64,000 nucleotides of DNA from contig CBDAUN010000003.1 in the NCBI GenBank assembly GCA_965200645.1, forward strand, positions 519,718 to 583,717. Direction: 5' to 3'. This DNA is from Arenicellales bacterium (GTDB lineage: Bacteria; Pseudomonadota; Gammaproteobacteria; Arenicellales; JAJDZL01). The position numbers and the translations under genes are program-made. The notes beneath the pieces were generated by a model. That model ran no database searches and was not told the origin of the DNA. It saw nothing but the letters and a program-made list of their open reading frames with translations. Positions 35,824 through 45,785 of this stretch are shown piece by piece. Positions within the stretch are counted from its first letter, which is position 1, and every line of letters begins with the position of its first letter.

Positions 35824-37065
35824 TCAATGAAATCGTTTAAATGCAATGCATCCGTTAGTCCCCCCAAATCCAAATGAATTCGAAACGGCATTTTCTATTT
35901 TCATTGAACGAGCTTCTTTTGGTACATAGTCTAAATCACACTCTGGGTCAGGGTTATCCAAATTGATTGTAGGAGGGGCAACCTGGTGATGAACTGCAAG
36001 GGCTGTATAGACGGCTTCTATCCCACCAGCTGCTCCAAGCAGATGTCCTACCATCGATTTTGTACCACTGATGGCAAGATGCTTTGCTTGATCACCAAAC
36101 GCCTGCTTAATTGCCTTCGTCTCAGCAATATCTCCGAGTGGTGTCGAGGTGCCATGGGCATTAACATAGTCAAACTCAGACGGGTCGGTCTTGCTGTTTC
36201 GAATAGCATTTTGCATGCAGCGAAGTGCACCATTTCCTCCAGGCGCAGGAGCTGTAACATGATGCGCATCACCACTCATTCCGAATCCGGTTAATTCTGC
36301 ATAAATCTTTGCACCACGCTTTATTGCAAACTCCAGTTCTTCCAAAACTAACAAGCCCGCACCTTCGCCTAAAACAAAGCCGTTACGCTCTCGATCAAAT
36401 GGACGACTAGCCTTGGATGGTTCGTCATTACTCCGACTGAGTGCCTGTGCGTTAGCAAATCCGGCAACGGAGGTGGGTGTGATCGCTGCCTCCGTACCGC
36501 CGGCAACCATCACATCAGCATCTCCGTACTCAATAAACCGTGCAGCATCTCCAATTGCATGAGTTCCAGTGGTACAGGCTGTCGACACTGCCAAATTCGG
36601 GCCTGCAAAACCGTGTTGTATCGACAGATTACCTGCCGCCATGTTGATAATCGATCCTGGTACATAGAATGGAGATACGCGTCGATGTCCACGCTCATGG
36701 TAGGCCAGAGTCGTATTTTCAATCCAATTTACACCACCAATACCTGCACCGACGTAAACCCCCATTCGATGAGCGTTGCTCTCGTCTGCAACTATTCCGG
36801 AATCAACTATAGCCTCGGCACCAGCGATTAAGCACAGTTGTATAAATCGGTCGGTCTGCCTAACTTGCTTAGCCGGCAAGTAATCCGTTGGGTTCAGTGA
36901 AGTAACTTCGCCGGCAATTTTGGCAGGCAATGCCGATGCGTCAAAAAGGGTAATTTCGGAAATTCCACTTTTGCCGGCGACTAAATTTTCCCAATTCTCC
37001 TGAACGTTGTGTCCGATGGGCGAAATCGCACCTAAACCGGTCACCACTACTCGACGTCTACTCAT
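35824..37065 (-). CDS. fabF: Beta-ketoacyl-ACP synthase II
   Basis: RRVVVTGLG, STACTTG, NAHGTST, SNSFGFGGTN. Confidence 0.96.
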   Translation of the reverse strand: MSRRRVVVTGLGAISPIGHNVQENWENLVAGKSGISEITLFDASALPAKIAGEVTSLNPTDYLPAKQVRQTDRFIQLCLIAGAEAIVDSGIVADESNAHRMGVYVGAGIGGVNWIENTTLAYHERGHRRVSPFYVPGSIINMAAGNLSIQHGFAGPNLAVSTACTTGTHAIGDAARFIEYGDADVMVAGGTEAAITPTSVAGFANAQALSRSNDEPSKASRPFDRERNGFVLGEGAGLLVLEELEFAIKRGAKIYAELTGFGMSGDAHHVTAPAPGGNGALRCMQNAIRNSKTDPSEFDYVNAHGTSTPLGDIAETKAIKQAFGDQAKHLAISGTKSMVGHLLGAAGGIEAVYTALAVHHQVAPPTINLDNPDPECDLDYVPKEARSMKIENAVSNSFGFGGTNGCIAFKRFH

Positions 37066-37098
37066 GAACGAATCAAGTCATTCTTTTTCTGGATCATT

Positions 37099-37120
37099 GG
37101 GCCTCAATTGATTGAGACCC
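37099..37120 (-). other. Stem-loop between acpP and fabF
   Basis: On the minus strand GGGUCUCAA-ucaa-UUGAGGCCC (one G-U pair); no U-tract. Confidence 0.45.
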
Positions 37121-37150
37121 TGCTCCCAAAGTAATGGATGTAGCAGCGTT

Positions 37151-37405
37151 TTAACTCAACGCTTGCTCAATGTGATCGACCGCTTCTCCCACCGTGTTGA
37201 TTTGAACGGATTCGTCTGGAATCTCTAAATCAAACTCTTCTTCAAGCTTCATTACGAGTTCTACGGTATCGAGCGAATCCGCATTAAGGTCATTGACAAA
37301 TGAGGTGTCACGCGTAATTTCAGCATCTGGGTTATCAGCACATAATTGTTCAATTACAAGACGAATCACACGACTCTCTATGCTGCCTTGATCACTGTCA
37401 TCCAT
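37151..37405 (-). CDS. acpP: Acyl carrier protein
   Basis: [23 protein letters not shown]; position between fabG and fabF. Confidence 0.93.
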   Translation of the reverse strand: MDDSDQGSIESRVIRLVIEQLCADNPDAEITRDTSFVNDLNADSLDTVELVMKLEEEFDLEIPDESVQINTVGEAVDHIEQALS

Positions 37406-37565
37406 TAAATTGTCCTCCGACTGATTTAATTATTTGTTAAAGAGAAATAAAACAATACGATGTACATAAATGTTGGCCACCGCTAAACGCCATAGTTTAT
37501 CACTTACAAGGAAAATCATTTCCTCACTTTGTCGATTTGTACTCTTGATTCAGCACCAAGGCCGA

Positions 37566-38315
37566 TCACTTTCTTACCATTCCGCCATCCACCAGTATTG
37601 AAGTTCCGGTTATATAGGAACTGTGTGGTGAGGCGAGAAATAAGACTACGTGTGCCACTTCCTGTGCTGTTCCCATTCTGCCAGCGGGAATGGTAGTTAG
37701 AATATTTTCCTTTACCACATCAGATAAGGCCTCAGTCATATCCGTGTCAATGTATCCCGGCAACACACTATTGACAGTGATATTGCGACTGGCCACCTCA
37801 ACAGCTAATGACTTTGAAAATCCAATCACTCCTGCCTTTGCAGCGGCATAGTGAGTTTGGCCAATGTTGCCAGCCACTCCGACGACAGATGAAATGTTTA
37901 TGACTCGCCCATCTCTGAGCTTCATCATGTCGCGGATGAATTTCTTGGTGAGTCTATAAACAGAAGTTAGGTTGGTATCAATCAGCGTAGCCCAATCCTC
38001 TTCCTTCATTCTCATCATGAGACTATCTTTGGAGATCCCGGCATTGTTCACGAGAATTGAGACGGCGCCATAATTTTTAGCAATTTCCTGACCCAGTGAG
38101 TCCACGCTTGCAGAATCAGTGACATCTAGCACCAATCCTTGTCCCTTGACATCCAAATCCTTTAGATATTGAGTAATTCGGTCTGCCCCTTCTTGAGTCG
38201 TTGCAGTCCCGATTACAGTACCGCTGTTTTGGGCCAATAACTCGGCAATTGCGCGTCCGATTCCCCGCGACGCACCGGTCACCAAGCAAATTTTTTCTTG
38301 TAATAATTTTGACAT
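37566..38315 (-). CDS. fabG: 3-oxoacyl-ACP reductase
   Basis: TGASRGIG, NNAGI, YAAAK; fab operon position. Confidence 0.95.
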   Translation of the reverse strand: MSKLLQEKICLVTGASRGIGRAIAELLAQNSGTVIGTATTQEGADRITQYLKDLDVKGQGLVLDVTDSASVDSLGQEIAKNYGAVSILVNNAGISKDSLMMRMKEEDWATLIDTNLTSVYRLTKKFIRDMMKLRDGRVINISSVVGVAGNIGQTHYAAAKAGVIGFSKSLAVEVASRNITVNSVLPGYIDTDMTEALSDVVKENILTTIPAGRMGTAQEVAHVVLFLASPHSSYITGTSILVDGGMVRK

Positions 38316-38321
38316 TTCGTT

Positions 38322-39290
38322 TTAGTAAGTAAATAGGGCTGCACCCCAGGTAAAGCCACCGCCAAATCCATTGATCAACACCTTTTGACCTCGTTGAATT
38401 CTGCCGTCTCTTACGGCACTATCCAATGCCAGCGGAATTGAAGCTGCTGAGGTATTACCGTGTTCTGCCACCGTAACTACCACCTTTTCCATTGGAACAC
38501 CAAGCTGACTAGCGGTGGTTTTCAGAATTCTGTAGTTCGCCTGATGCGGCACAAGCCAATCGACTTCGCTTACATCTATGCCACTAGTAGTGAGTGCCTC
38601 GCTCGCTACTTCCCCCATACATTTTACCGCGAGCCGAAAGACTTCACTGCCTCGCATTCGCGTATATGCCGTGCCATTGACCACGCTGTCGTATTGGTTT
38701 GAGACTCCTACCGGAACACACAGCAAATCCTTGTATCGCCCATTTGCATGTAGGTGTGAAGAGTGAATTCCAGGTTTATCAGATGCTTCCAGCACTAGTG
38801 CTCCGGCCCCATCTCCAAACAGTACACAGGTTTCACGGTCGGTCCAGTCGATAATTCTAGAGAAAGTTTCGGCTCCGATTACCAGTGCTCTTTGGGCACT
38901 CCCGGTACGAAGGAATTTGTCGGCCACATCGACTGCATACATGAATCCAGCACATACCGCCTGAACGTCGAAGGCAGGTGACCCCGCAATTCCCAGACGT
39001 TCTTGCAGCAAACAGGCTGAACTGGGGAAAACTTGATCGGCTGTAGTTGTGGCAAAAACGACCAGATCAATGTCGGAAGCATCAAGCTCACCAAACTTTA
39101 ACGCGTTTCTTGATGCTATTTCCGCTAAATCACAAGTGGTTTCCCCATCTTCAGCAATATGTCTTTCTTTAATTCCGGTGCGAGAGACAATCCACTCATC
39201 GCTCGTTTCTACCTGATTTTCCAAATCATGATTGGTAACTACTTTGCTTGGAAGGTAGCTGCCGGTTGAACGAACGCGAGAATAAATCAT
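38322..39290 (-). CDS. fabH: Beta-ketoacyl-ACP synthase III
   Basis: QAVCAGF, LFGDGAGA, PHQAN, GNTSAAS. Confidence 0.96.
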   Translation of the reverse strand: MIYSRVRSTGSYLPSKVVTNHDLENQVETSDEWIVSRTGIKERHIAEDGETTCDLAEIASRNALKFGELDASDIDLVVFATTTADQVFPSSACLLQERLGIAGSPAFDVQAVCAGFMYAVDVADKFLRTGSAQRALVIGAETFSRIIDWTDRETCVLFGDGAGALVLEASDKPGIHSSHLHANGRYKDLLCVPVGVSNQYDSVVNGTAYTRMRGSEVFRLAVKCMGEVASEALTTSGIDVSEVDWLVPHQANYRILKTTASQLGVPMEKVVVTVAEHGNTSAASIPLALDSAVRDGRIQRGQKVLINGFGGGFTWGAALFTY

Positions 39291-40303
39291 GCTTGACTAT
39301 CTGAAAGTTGAATTAACTCATCCCGAATTCGAGCATTTACGCCATATTCGACATCCCAGACTGCCTTTTTGATTGCAGTTTTATAGGCTAGAGTATCTGC
39401 ATTGCCGTGGCTTTTGAAAACAGAGCCCCTAAGACCGAGCAAGGCTCCTCCGTTGTAAACACGTGGGTCGATACGCTTGCGAAAACCACGCAGGGAAGGC
39501 ATGGCAAGCAGACCAGATATTTTTCTAAAACTATTTTGCTGAAACTCAGCCTTCATTGCGTGTTGAATCAATTTTGAAACACCTTCACTAGTTTTCAGCG
39601 CTATGTTCCCTAAAAATCCATCACAGACAATGACATCCACGTCTTTAGTGGTATAGATGCCGTCTCCTTCGATGTATCCGCAAAAATTCAAAGAACTGCC
39701 GCGAAACAACTCTGCAGCTTCCTTGATTACCTTGGTGCCTTTTTCATCCTCTGAACCAATGTTTAACAGAGCCACTTTAGGCGAAGATAATCGATTCGTG
39801 TATTTTACAAATGTTGCACCCATGATGCCAAACTGCAACAGCACTCGTGGTGGACTATCTACATTGGCACCCAAATCGAGCATATGCACGTGTCCATGCG
39901 TGGTTGGCATTTGGCCGATGATCGCTGGTCGTTCAATACCGGGATAGGTATTGAGGACATACTTAGCAGTGACCATAAGAGCTCCAGTGTTACCAGCACT
40001 TATGCAAGCCTGAACTTCATTCGATTCGAGCAAGTTCAAGGCGATTCTCATGGAAGAACGCCGCTTCCTGCGTAAAGCATGAATTGGGGCATCCGCCATC
40101 TCTACAACCTGTTCTGCGTGCTCAATACGCACCCGCTGAGAGTCAAATCCCTTATGCCTGTTTAACTCCGTTTGTACGACTTCGGAATCGCCGGCAAAAA
40201 CAACATGGATGCGTTCGTCTTCCTGCATCGCCAAAAGTGTCCCCGGAATTGTGACACTTGGACCAAAATCTCCGCCCATTGCATCAACGGAAATGGAAAT
40301 CAT
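39287..40303 (-). CDS. plsX: Phosphate acyltransferase PlsX
   Basis: VDAMGGDFGP, SAGNTGA, LDLGAN, VCDGFLGN, KSHG. Confidence 0.96.
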   Translation of the reverse strand: MISISVDAMGGDFGPSVTIPGTLLAMQEDERIHVVFAGDSEVVQTELNRHKGFDSQRVRIEHAEQVVEMADAPIHALRRKRRSSMRIALNLLESNEVQACISAGNTGALMVTAKYVLNTYPGIERPAIIGQMPTTHGHVHMLDLGANVDSPPRVLLQFGIMGATFVKYTNRLSSPKVALLNIGSEDEKGTKVIKEAAELFRGSSLNFCGYIEGDGIYTTKDVDVIVCDGFLGNIALKTSEGVSKLIQHAMKAEFQQNSFRKISGLLAMPSLRGFRKRIDPRVYNGGALLGLRGSVFKSHGNADTLAYKTAIKKAVWDVEYGVNARIRDELIQLSDSQA

Positions 40304-40342
40304 AGGTAGAATGTTCGGAATGAATCGCAGGCCTTAGCCAAA

Positions 40343-40373
40343 AATCGTTCTTTCGATTATCGAACCGAAAGAA
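40343..40373 (-). terminator. Probable intrinsic terminator after rpmF
   Basis: Minus strand TTCTTTCG-N10-CGAAAGAA followed by CGATTTTT. Confidence 0.5.
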
Positions 40374-40384
40374 GAATATAGAGG

Positions 40385-40576
40385 TTATTCTTCGACTGCT
40401 TCCGGTCCGTAGGGAACGACCCGTTTACCTCGGTAGTATCCGGTTGGCGTGACGTGATGTCTAAGATGCAGTTCTCCAGTTTCCTGGTCAATGGAGATTG
40501 CGGGATTACTTAAGGCGTTGTGTGAACGACGCATATTTCGCCTTGATTTTGATTTCTTTCTCTGTTGAACGGCCAT
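40385..40576 (-). CDS. rpmF: 50S ribosomal protein L32
   Basis: [19 protein letters not shown]...HLRHHV...GYYRG. Confidence 0.97.
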   Translation of the reverse strand: MAVQQRKKSKSRRNMRRSHNALSNPAISIDQETGELHLRHHVTPTGYYRGKRVVPYGPEAVEE

Positions 40577-40774
40577 TATTAATAAACCCCAAGACGTAAC
40601 TTCAGCGATTTACGTCAGCGCAATGATTTAGGTTTGTTTTGATGAAATTATTTAGTTTATCGCAGAACTGCAATTCTCTAGAATTAAAGCGATAATTTTA
40701 CTTTTCGGCAGCCACTTTGTCAAAATATGAACTGGACCGAATAAAACACAAACACACGGAAAAAATACTAGGCA

Positions 40775-41374
40775 ATGGCAAAATCAAACCATGAGCACCC
40801 ACCATTAGTTTTAGCCTCCTCATCTCCTACGAGGCGGACCGTACTTGAAAAGCTTAGGATTCCATTTCAAGTCGTGGCGCCACACACGGATGAAACCCCA
40901 TTACCGAAAGAAAAACCTGAAGCTCTAGTTCAGCGTCTCGCGACCGATAAAGCCAGGTCTGTTGCCAGTAGTTGTTCCAGTCATTTAATTATTGGCTGTG
41001 ATCAAGTTGCAGTTATTGGTGACGATATTCATGGTAAACCACGCAACCGAGAACATGCGATTGTGCAATTACAAACAGCTTCTGGACAATCCATATTGCT
41101 CCAAACTGGAATTATGCTACTGAATTCTGAATCCGGTAACGAGCAACTGGATGTTGTAAATTATCGAGTTGAATTCAGAAAGTTAACGCAATCAATGATC
41201 GAAAATTACATTGATGCTGATCAACCATACGATTGCGGAGGGAGTCTGCGCTCTGAAAGCCTTGGAATTGCCTTACTCAAGAAGTTTGATGGTGACGACC
41301 CGAACGCCCTGCTCGGACTTCCGTTAATCCGACTGCTTGATATGCTTGCAAATGAGGGAGTTTATCCACTTTAA
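40775..41374 (+). CDS. maf: Maf-family nucleotide pyrophosphatase (YceF-like)
   Basis: LVLASSSPTRR, IIGCDQV, GKP, GDDPNALLGLPL; divergent from rpmF. Confidence 0.92.
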   Translation: MAKSNHEHPPLVLASSSPTRRTVLEKLRIPFQVVAPHTDETPLPKEKPEALVQRLATDKARSVASSCSSHLIIGCDQVAVIGDDIHGKPRNREHAIVQLQTASGQSILLQTGIMLLNSESGNEQLDVVNYRVEFRKLTQSMIENYIDADQPYDCGGSLRSESLGIALLKKFDGDDPNALLGLPLIRLLDMLANEGVYPL

Positions 41375-41416
41375 AACAAGACAGTTCTAGTCAAAGTAGA
41401 AATAGTTTGACTTGTA

Positions 41417-41815
41417 TCAAGTATGTGGTGTTGATTCAGGGGCATCACAAACAACGAACAACTCGTCCGCAAGCACCACGTAACCATCTTGTTCATCCAT
41501 CGACAATTGAATCAATTTTCCACCGTAACATGGGCCGTTGATACACAGTCCGGTGTCTGGTTCATACATTGCTCCATGATTACAACACACCAGGTACTCA
41601 CCCGCCGTATCAAAAAATTCAGAATTCCCATAATCCAATTGAAGCATGAGATGTGCACAGCGATTCAAGTAGCCATATACACTATTTTTGAAGCGCACGA
41701 CAAAGGCTGGGTGCGCCATACCGCCACGGGTTACATGAAACTTGTAGCCAATCCCTCCCGAATCAATTTCTTCGGATTTACAGACAATCTTTGAATTACT
41801 CATAGATAAATTCAA
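41417..41815 (-). CDS. Rieske [2Fe-2S] domain protein
   Basis: NRCAH and CCNHGAMY Rieske ligands. Confidence 0.88.
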   Translation of the reverse strand: MNLSMSNSKIVCKSEEIDSGGIGYKFHVTRGGMAHPAFVVRFKNSVYGYLNRCAHLMLQLDYGNSEFFDTAGEYLVCCNHGAMYEPDTGLCINGPCYGGKLIQLSMDEQDGYVVLADELFVVCDAPESTPHT

Positions 41816-41909
41816 TAGTTTTAAACTAGTTATTGTTAATGATAATTAATTGCTGTGAACTTAATTGAACACTTTTACCTCGGTAAAATATTTAACCATC
41901 AAGAAGATA

Positions 41910-42860
41910 TTACGACTGATGTAATTGATTAAGAACTTCTGTTAACTCAGTTGGCAGTCTTGATTTGATGTCAACTAGCTGGTTTGTTCTCGGATGAACA
42001 ACTCTCAATCTTGAGGCGTGCAGAAACATTCTCTTTAAACCTCTTTTGCGCATTGAATCATTAAACTGCCTATCTCCATATCGTTTGTCTCCTGCAATTG
42101 GATGCCCTATGTGTTTGGCATGCCGTCTTGCTTGATGCGTCCGCCCTGTCTTCAACAATACATCTACCAATGTGCAGTGTTGCAGTCGTCGTTCCACAGC
42201 TATCTCACTGAGTGAATGAATTGAAGGTCGCTTAATCTGCTTGTAACCCTGCATACGTGAGTTCATGTGGCGGCTCGTTTCCTCAAGTTCAACGCGATAA
42301 ACTCTCTTAGCAAGTTTTCCGTCCAGCAACGCAGTGTAGTTTTTGATCAGACTTTCATGTGATTTTTGCAGCCACAGATTATGCAATTCTCTTAAGAATA
42401 ATCTGTCCTTGCATAGAATCAAAATTCCCGAAGTATCTTTATCCAGTCGATGAGCCAGCTCCAAAAATTTTGTATCTGAACGAATATTTCTGATTGCTTC
42501 AATCAATCCGTAACTATGTCGAGTACCTCCATGCACAGTGATGCCTGCTGGTTTATCGAGTGCAACCATGAACTCGTCTTCAAACAACACCTGTTGAGCG
42601 GCATGCAGCATTTGTTGATCAGGTGAAATAGCCTGAGATGGCGCGTTTTCCATATTTATTGGTGGGACTCTGATGTTGTCACCAACCTGAATTCTCTGTT
42701 TTGGTTTGGCTCTAGACCCATTCACCCTAACCTGTCCGGTTCGGATAATGTTGTAAATACGACTATGTGGAATTTTCGGCAAAGTAGACATTAGAAAATT
42801 GTCTAGCCGACGGTCACTAGAACCTGAATCTACGATAAGATGTTGGACAGAAGTTTTCAT
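41910..42860 (-). CDS. rluC: 23S rRNA pseudouridine synthase RluC
   Basis: S4 domain (RRLDNFL, IRTGQVRVN), HRLDKDTSG, TGRTHQ, RMFLHA. Confidence 0.92.
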   Translation of the reverse strand: MKTSVQHLIVDSGSSDRRLDNFLMSTLPKIPHSRIYNIIRTGQVRVNGSRAKPKQRIQVGDNIRVPPINMENAPSQAISPDQQMLHAAQQVLFEDEFMVALDKPAGITVHGGTRHSYGLIEAIRNIRSDTKFLELAHRLDKDTSGILILCKDRLFLRELHNLWLQKSHESLIKNYTALLDGKLAKRVYRVELEETSRHMNSRMQGYKQIKRPSIHSLSEIAVERRLQHCTLVDVLLKTGRTHQARRHAKHIGHPIAGDKRYGDRQFNDSMRKRGLKRMFLHASRLRVVHPRTNQLVDIKSRLPTELTEVLNQLHQS

Positions 42861-43532
42861 TACCTACATGCGTTACACTCTGCTCTTTGCGGGGTGTTAT
42901 AGCACCCTTTCATGATGCTTGGGAGCGTGACAGTTTCGGTGGCATAAATTTAGTAACAGTGGCTGGATTCAACACTGTATAGCGATTATTGCATAGACGG
43001 TAGATTGAATTGATGTCGTCAAACGTCATTAATTGAAAATTACAGCACTACACTTTACAAATAGTACTTGTCGGTTGCTTTGTAATTGAGTGTGGTAATC
43101 AGATAAATTGCTCTTATGACCCTATTCTATGTCTCAAAAATATGATTTTCCGAACAAAGATTGCGATGTCTATGGATACCTGTTTCGCTACAGAATCCAT
43201 TGAACTGTGCTCTTAACACTTCGCTAAATAGGATAAAAACAGTTAGTTGAGTTTACTGTTGGATTGACCATCCGAATACTGAGAGGTTTTCGGGTGCTGT
43301 AGCGTGATGATTTAACTGTTGTTTTCAATGGTTTAATTTTTCGTTTACCCCACAAAATGGGCATTTTGACCGGGTTTTAGCCGGTTTTAGGCACTTCACC
43401 GCAAAAGCCACCCCACAGCCTCCGAAGGCACCACTATCAAACACTTAAGCGATTGATATGGCTTCATCAAATGCCGCGTCTTCAGTAGCATGGATACTCG
43501 AATAATCAAACCACCACCCACCCGGTGCGGCA

Positions 43533-43785
43533 ATGATCAATAATACGCTGTTTTCCTGGCACCTGTTCGATACGCACAGTGACCTGTCACGTTTAACGAT
43601 GGTGGTCGAAACGATGGAACTTGACGACCTCGTCCATGAGATTAACCTGCGGCGCCGAGGCACGCGCTGCGAATGGCCCGCCCAGGCGATGCTCACCGCA
43701 CTGCTAGCCAGCTGCGTCTATCAACATTTTTCGATTGAGTCCTTGCACCGGGAGTTAGCGCGCAATCCATCGTTAATGCACGGCA
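43533..43785 (+). mobile_element. N-terminal remnant of IS5/IS1182-like transposase
   Basis: LFSWHLF...DLSRL..VVE...RRGTRCEWPAQAML..LLA..VYQHFSIESLHRELARNPSL (DUF772-like); homology stops near 43785; visibly GC-richer than the flanks. Confidence 0.7.
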
Positions 43786-43806
43786 TCGTATGGACAAGAC
43801 GGAAAA

Positions 43807-43989
43807 GCACTATCTCGTCAAGCAATATCGCAACATTTAGACATGCTCGAACGAGCGGGGTTGATTAAAGTAACGTGGCAAGGTCGTACTAAGATACACT
43901 CAATAAACGAGGAACCGTTGCGCAACACAATTGAGATGTTAACGAACAATTCATTTAGGAGGATTGAGAATGAAAATATACGTCACTAG
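43807..43989 (+). pseudogene. 5'-truncated ArsR-family regulator remnant
   Basis: Frame absent from the ORF track reads ALSRQAISQHLDMLERAGLIKVTWQGRTKIHSINEEPL, the C-terminal half of an ArsR wHTH, running into the VOC gene. Confidence 0.75.
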
Positions 43990-44377
43990 TGTGTTTGTGG
44001 ATGATCAGACACGTGCTCATGATTTCTACACCGAAAAACTTGGATTTGTCGTGAAAAATGATATCCCAATGGGAGAACACCGTTGGTTGACTGTCGTCTC
44101 ACCCGAACAGCTAGAAGGCACCGAATTATTGCTTGAGCCAAGCGAACACCCTGCGGTCAAACCTTACAAGACAGCGCTTGTGTCTGATAGCATTCCTGCC
44201 ACGTCCTTCCAAGTCGATAATCTGGATACTGAGTACGAACGCCTGAGCGGTCTCGGTGTGACATTCACCCAGCAGCCGATGGATGCGGGTCCTGTTCGAA
44301 TGGCCGTTCTTGACGATACATGTGGAAACCTAATTCAACTTGTGCAAATGGAAGTCACATCTAGTTCAACCTCGTAG
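43970..44377 (+). CDS. VOC/glyoxalase-family protein; ATG 43970 with AGGAGGA SD
   Basis: MKIYVTSVFVDDQ..A..FYTEKLGF, RWLTVVSP, DDTCGNLIQL. Confidence 0.9.
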   Translation: MKIYVTSVFVDDQTRAHDFYTEKLGFVVKNDIPMGEHRWLTVVSPEQLEGTELLLEPSEHPAVKPYKTALVSDSIPATSFQVDNLDTEYERLSGLGVTFTQQPMDAGPVRMAVLDDTCGNLIQLVQMEVTSSSTS

Positions 44378-44646
44378 TCGATGCCATCGGGTATGGGATC
44401 AATACTGATAAGGTAGTTGATACAGTTGACCAGATGATAGCTACTCACAATTACGTCTCTTTCTTCTCCGTCTATGTATGTCCAGATACATGCAGGATCA
44501 CATTTGCGAACATATTCTAGTTCCTGACCGTAGGTTTCAAAGAAGCAGCCGTTCCATCCCACATTATCGTCATATGGGTTTGTAACAAGCCTAAACTGCT
44601 GTTCACATTCTTGTTCGGTCAATTTGATAAATTTACGTTTTGTCAT
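44335..44646 (-). CDS. Hypothetical protein of a mobile-element-associated type
   Basis: 103 aa, AAGGA SD, FETYGQELEYVR...IWTYIDG...YHLVN motif string; function unknown; 3' overlap with the VOC gene. Confidence 0.55.
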   Translation of the reverse strand: MTKRKFIKLTEQECEQQFRLVTNPYDDNVGWNGCFFETYGQELEYVRKCDPACIWTYIDGEERDVIVSSYHLVNCINYLISIDPIPDGIDYEVELDVTSICTS

Positions 44647-44865
44647 AGCTTTTCTTTCCTTATAAAAAAGGAAAGCAGCGTGTAAGCCACTTCCCTGAAT
44701 TGGGGTAAATCAAGTTGCTATTTGAAGTTCACGATCTGCATAGAACAGCTTGGCTTCTTCGATCAAATCTGGCATTCCCTGAAGTGCAAATTTGTGCACC
44801 TCCCGCACAACTTTCTCCGTCACTCGTTTACAGGGTGTTGATGCAATTCCACCTTTATAAAAATC

Positions 44866-45161
44866 ACCAAAAGGTGCCGATGGTGCGCGTAAAGTTTGAT
44901 GAGAACCATCTTCGCACCATCGGCACCTTGCCACGCATCACCTATCAGTGGCAGCGGCTGTACCAGACACGCACTGCCCTTGAGCGCATCAATGCCCGAT
45001 CGGCCACAGACTTCAATCTGCATCACCACTGAATCAGAGGACTTAACACCATGTAGCTGGCGGTGGATCTTTCACTACTGACCATGCAAGCACTCACGAT
45101 CAGTGCAATTCGCAGTCATCAACCGGCACGAATGCGCTCGTTAGTACGGGCGGCGGCCTGA
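44866..45161 (+). mobile_element. C-terminal remnant of the same type of IS transposase (stops/frameshift)
   Basis: LPRITYQWQRLYQTRTALERINAR...HH*IRGL..M*LAV...QPARMRSLVRAAA*; GC-rich. Confidence 0.7.
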
Positions 45162-45785
45162 CACGCAACTGGCCTGATCACTGACGTCGCCCGAAAGGGG
45201 CGGCACCGCCAGGCGTGTACTTTTTCTTTTCTGCACATTGTCGTCCATCGGCACTGTTCGGCGACCAATTAGCGCCGGATCCGATAATTTTCACCAAAAT
45301 CGCACGGATGACCCGCCAGTATTCCTTCCAATTTAGCCCCGCTTGGGCGAAATATCGACTTTTAGAGTTGTAGAATGATTTCAGACGGGAAACTCTCTTC
45401 GCTTAATTTTGACTTTGGAATCTAATCGTCGATGCGGTATAATCCACTTGCCCGCCGAATAAATAATTTTTTCAATAAACAAAATGTTTTGGCGTTCAAC
45501 AATTGCGATGGCATGAGTACTAATCAAGCCGCATTAGTTGAGCACATAACCTAAATTGTGGCATCAACTAAATCTTCAGACGCAAGAAAGGCGAGCTGAA
45601 GAACGCAAGAAGTAATTTCGGGCAGGTTTAGGAAGAATAGGCCTTACGAATCCAAAACAATTTCAAAATGTAGCGTAACCTGTTGAAAACAAGAATGTTT
45701 ACTAGACAACAACAAATTTCAATGTTTGAAATAGTTCCAGACAAGCATCAAAAACCGGTTGCATTGCAGTACCTGGTACACTTTC

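Noticed and set aside
42861-43500. ~640-nt non-coding stretch as an ncRNA, riboswitch or CRISPR array
   Set aside because: No repeated units, recognisable RNA motif or convincing ORF by eye; an Rfam/Infernal scan would be needed.
43280-45400. Terminal inverted repeats for the IS remnant (GAGAGGTTTTCGGG near 43283 vs CGGGAAACTCTC near 45386)
   Set aside because: The match is short and gapped and I could not identify a target-site duplication; an intact copy is needed to define the ends.
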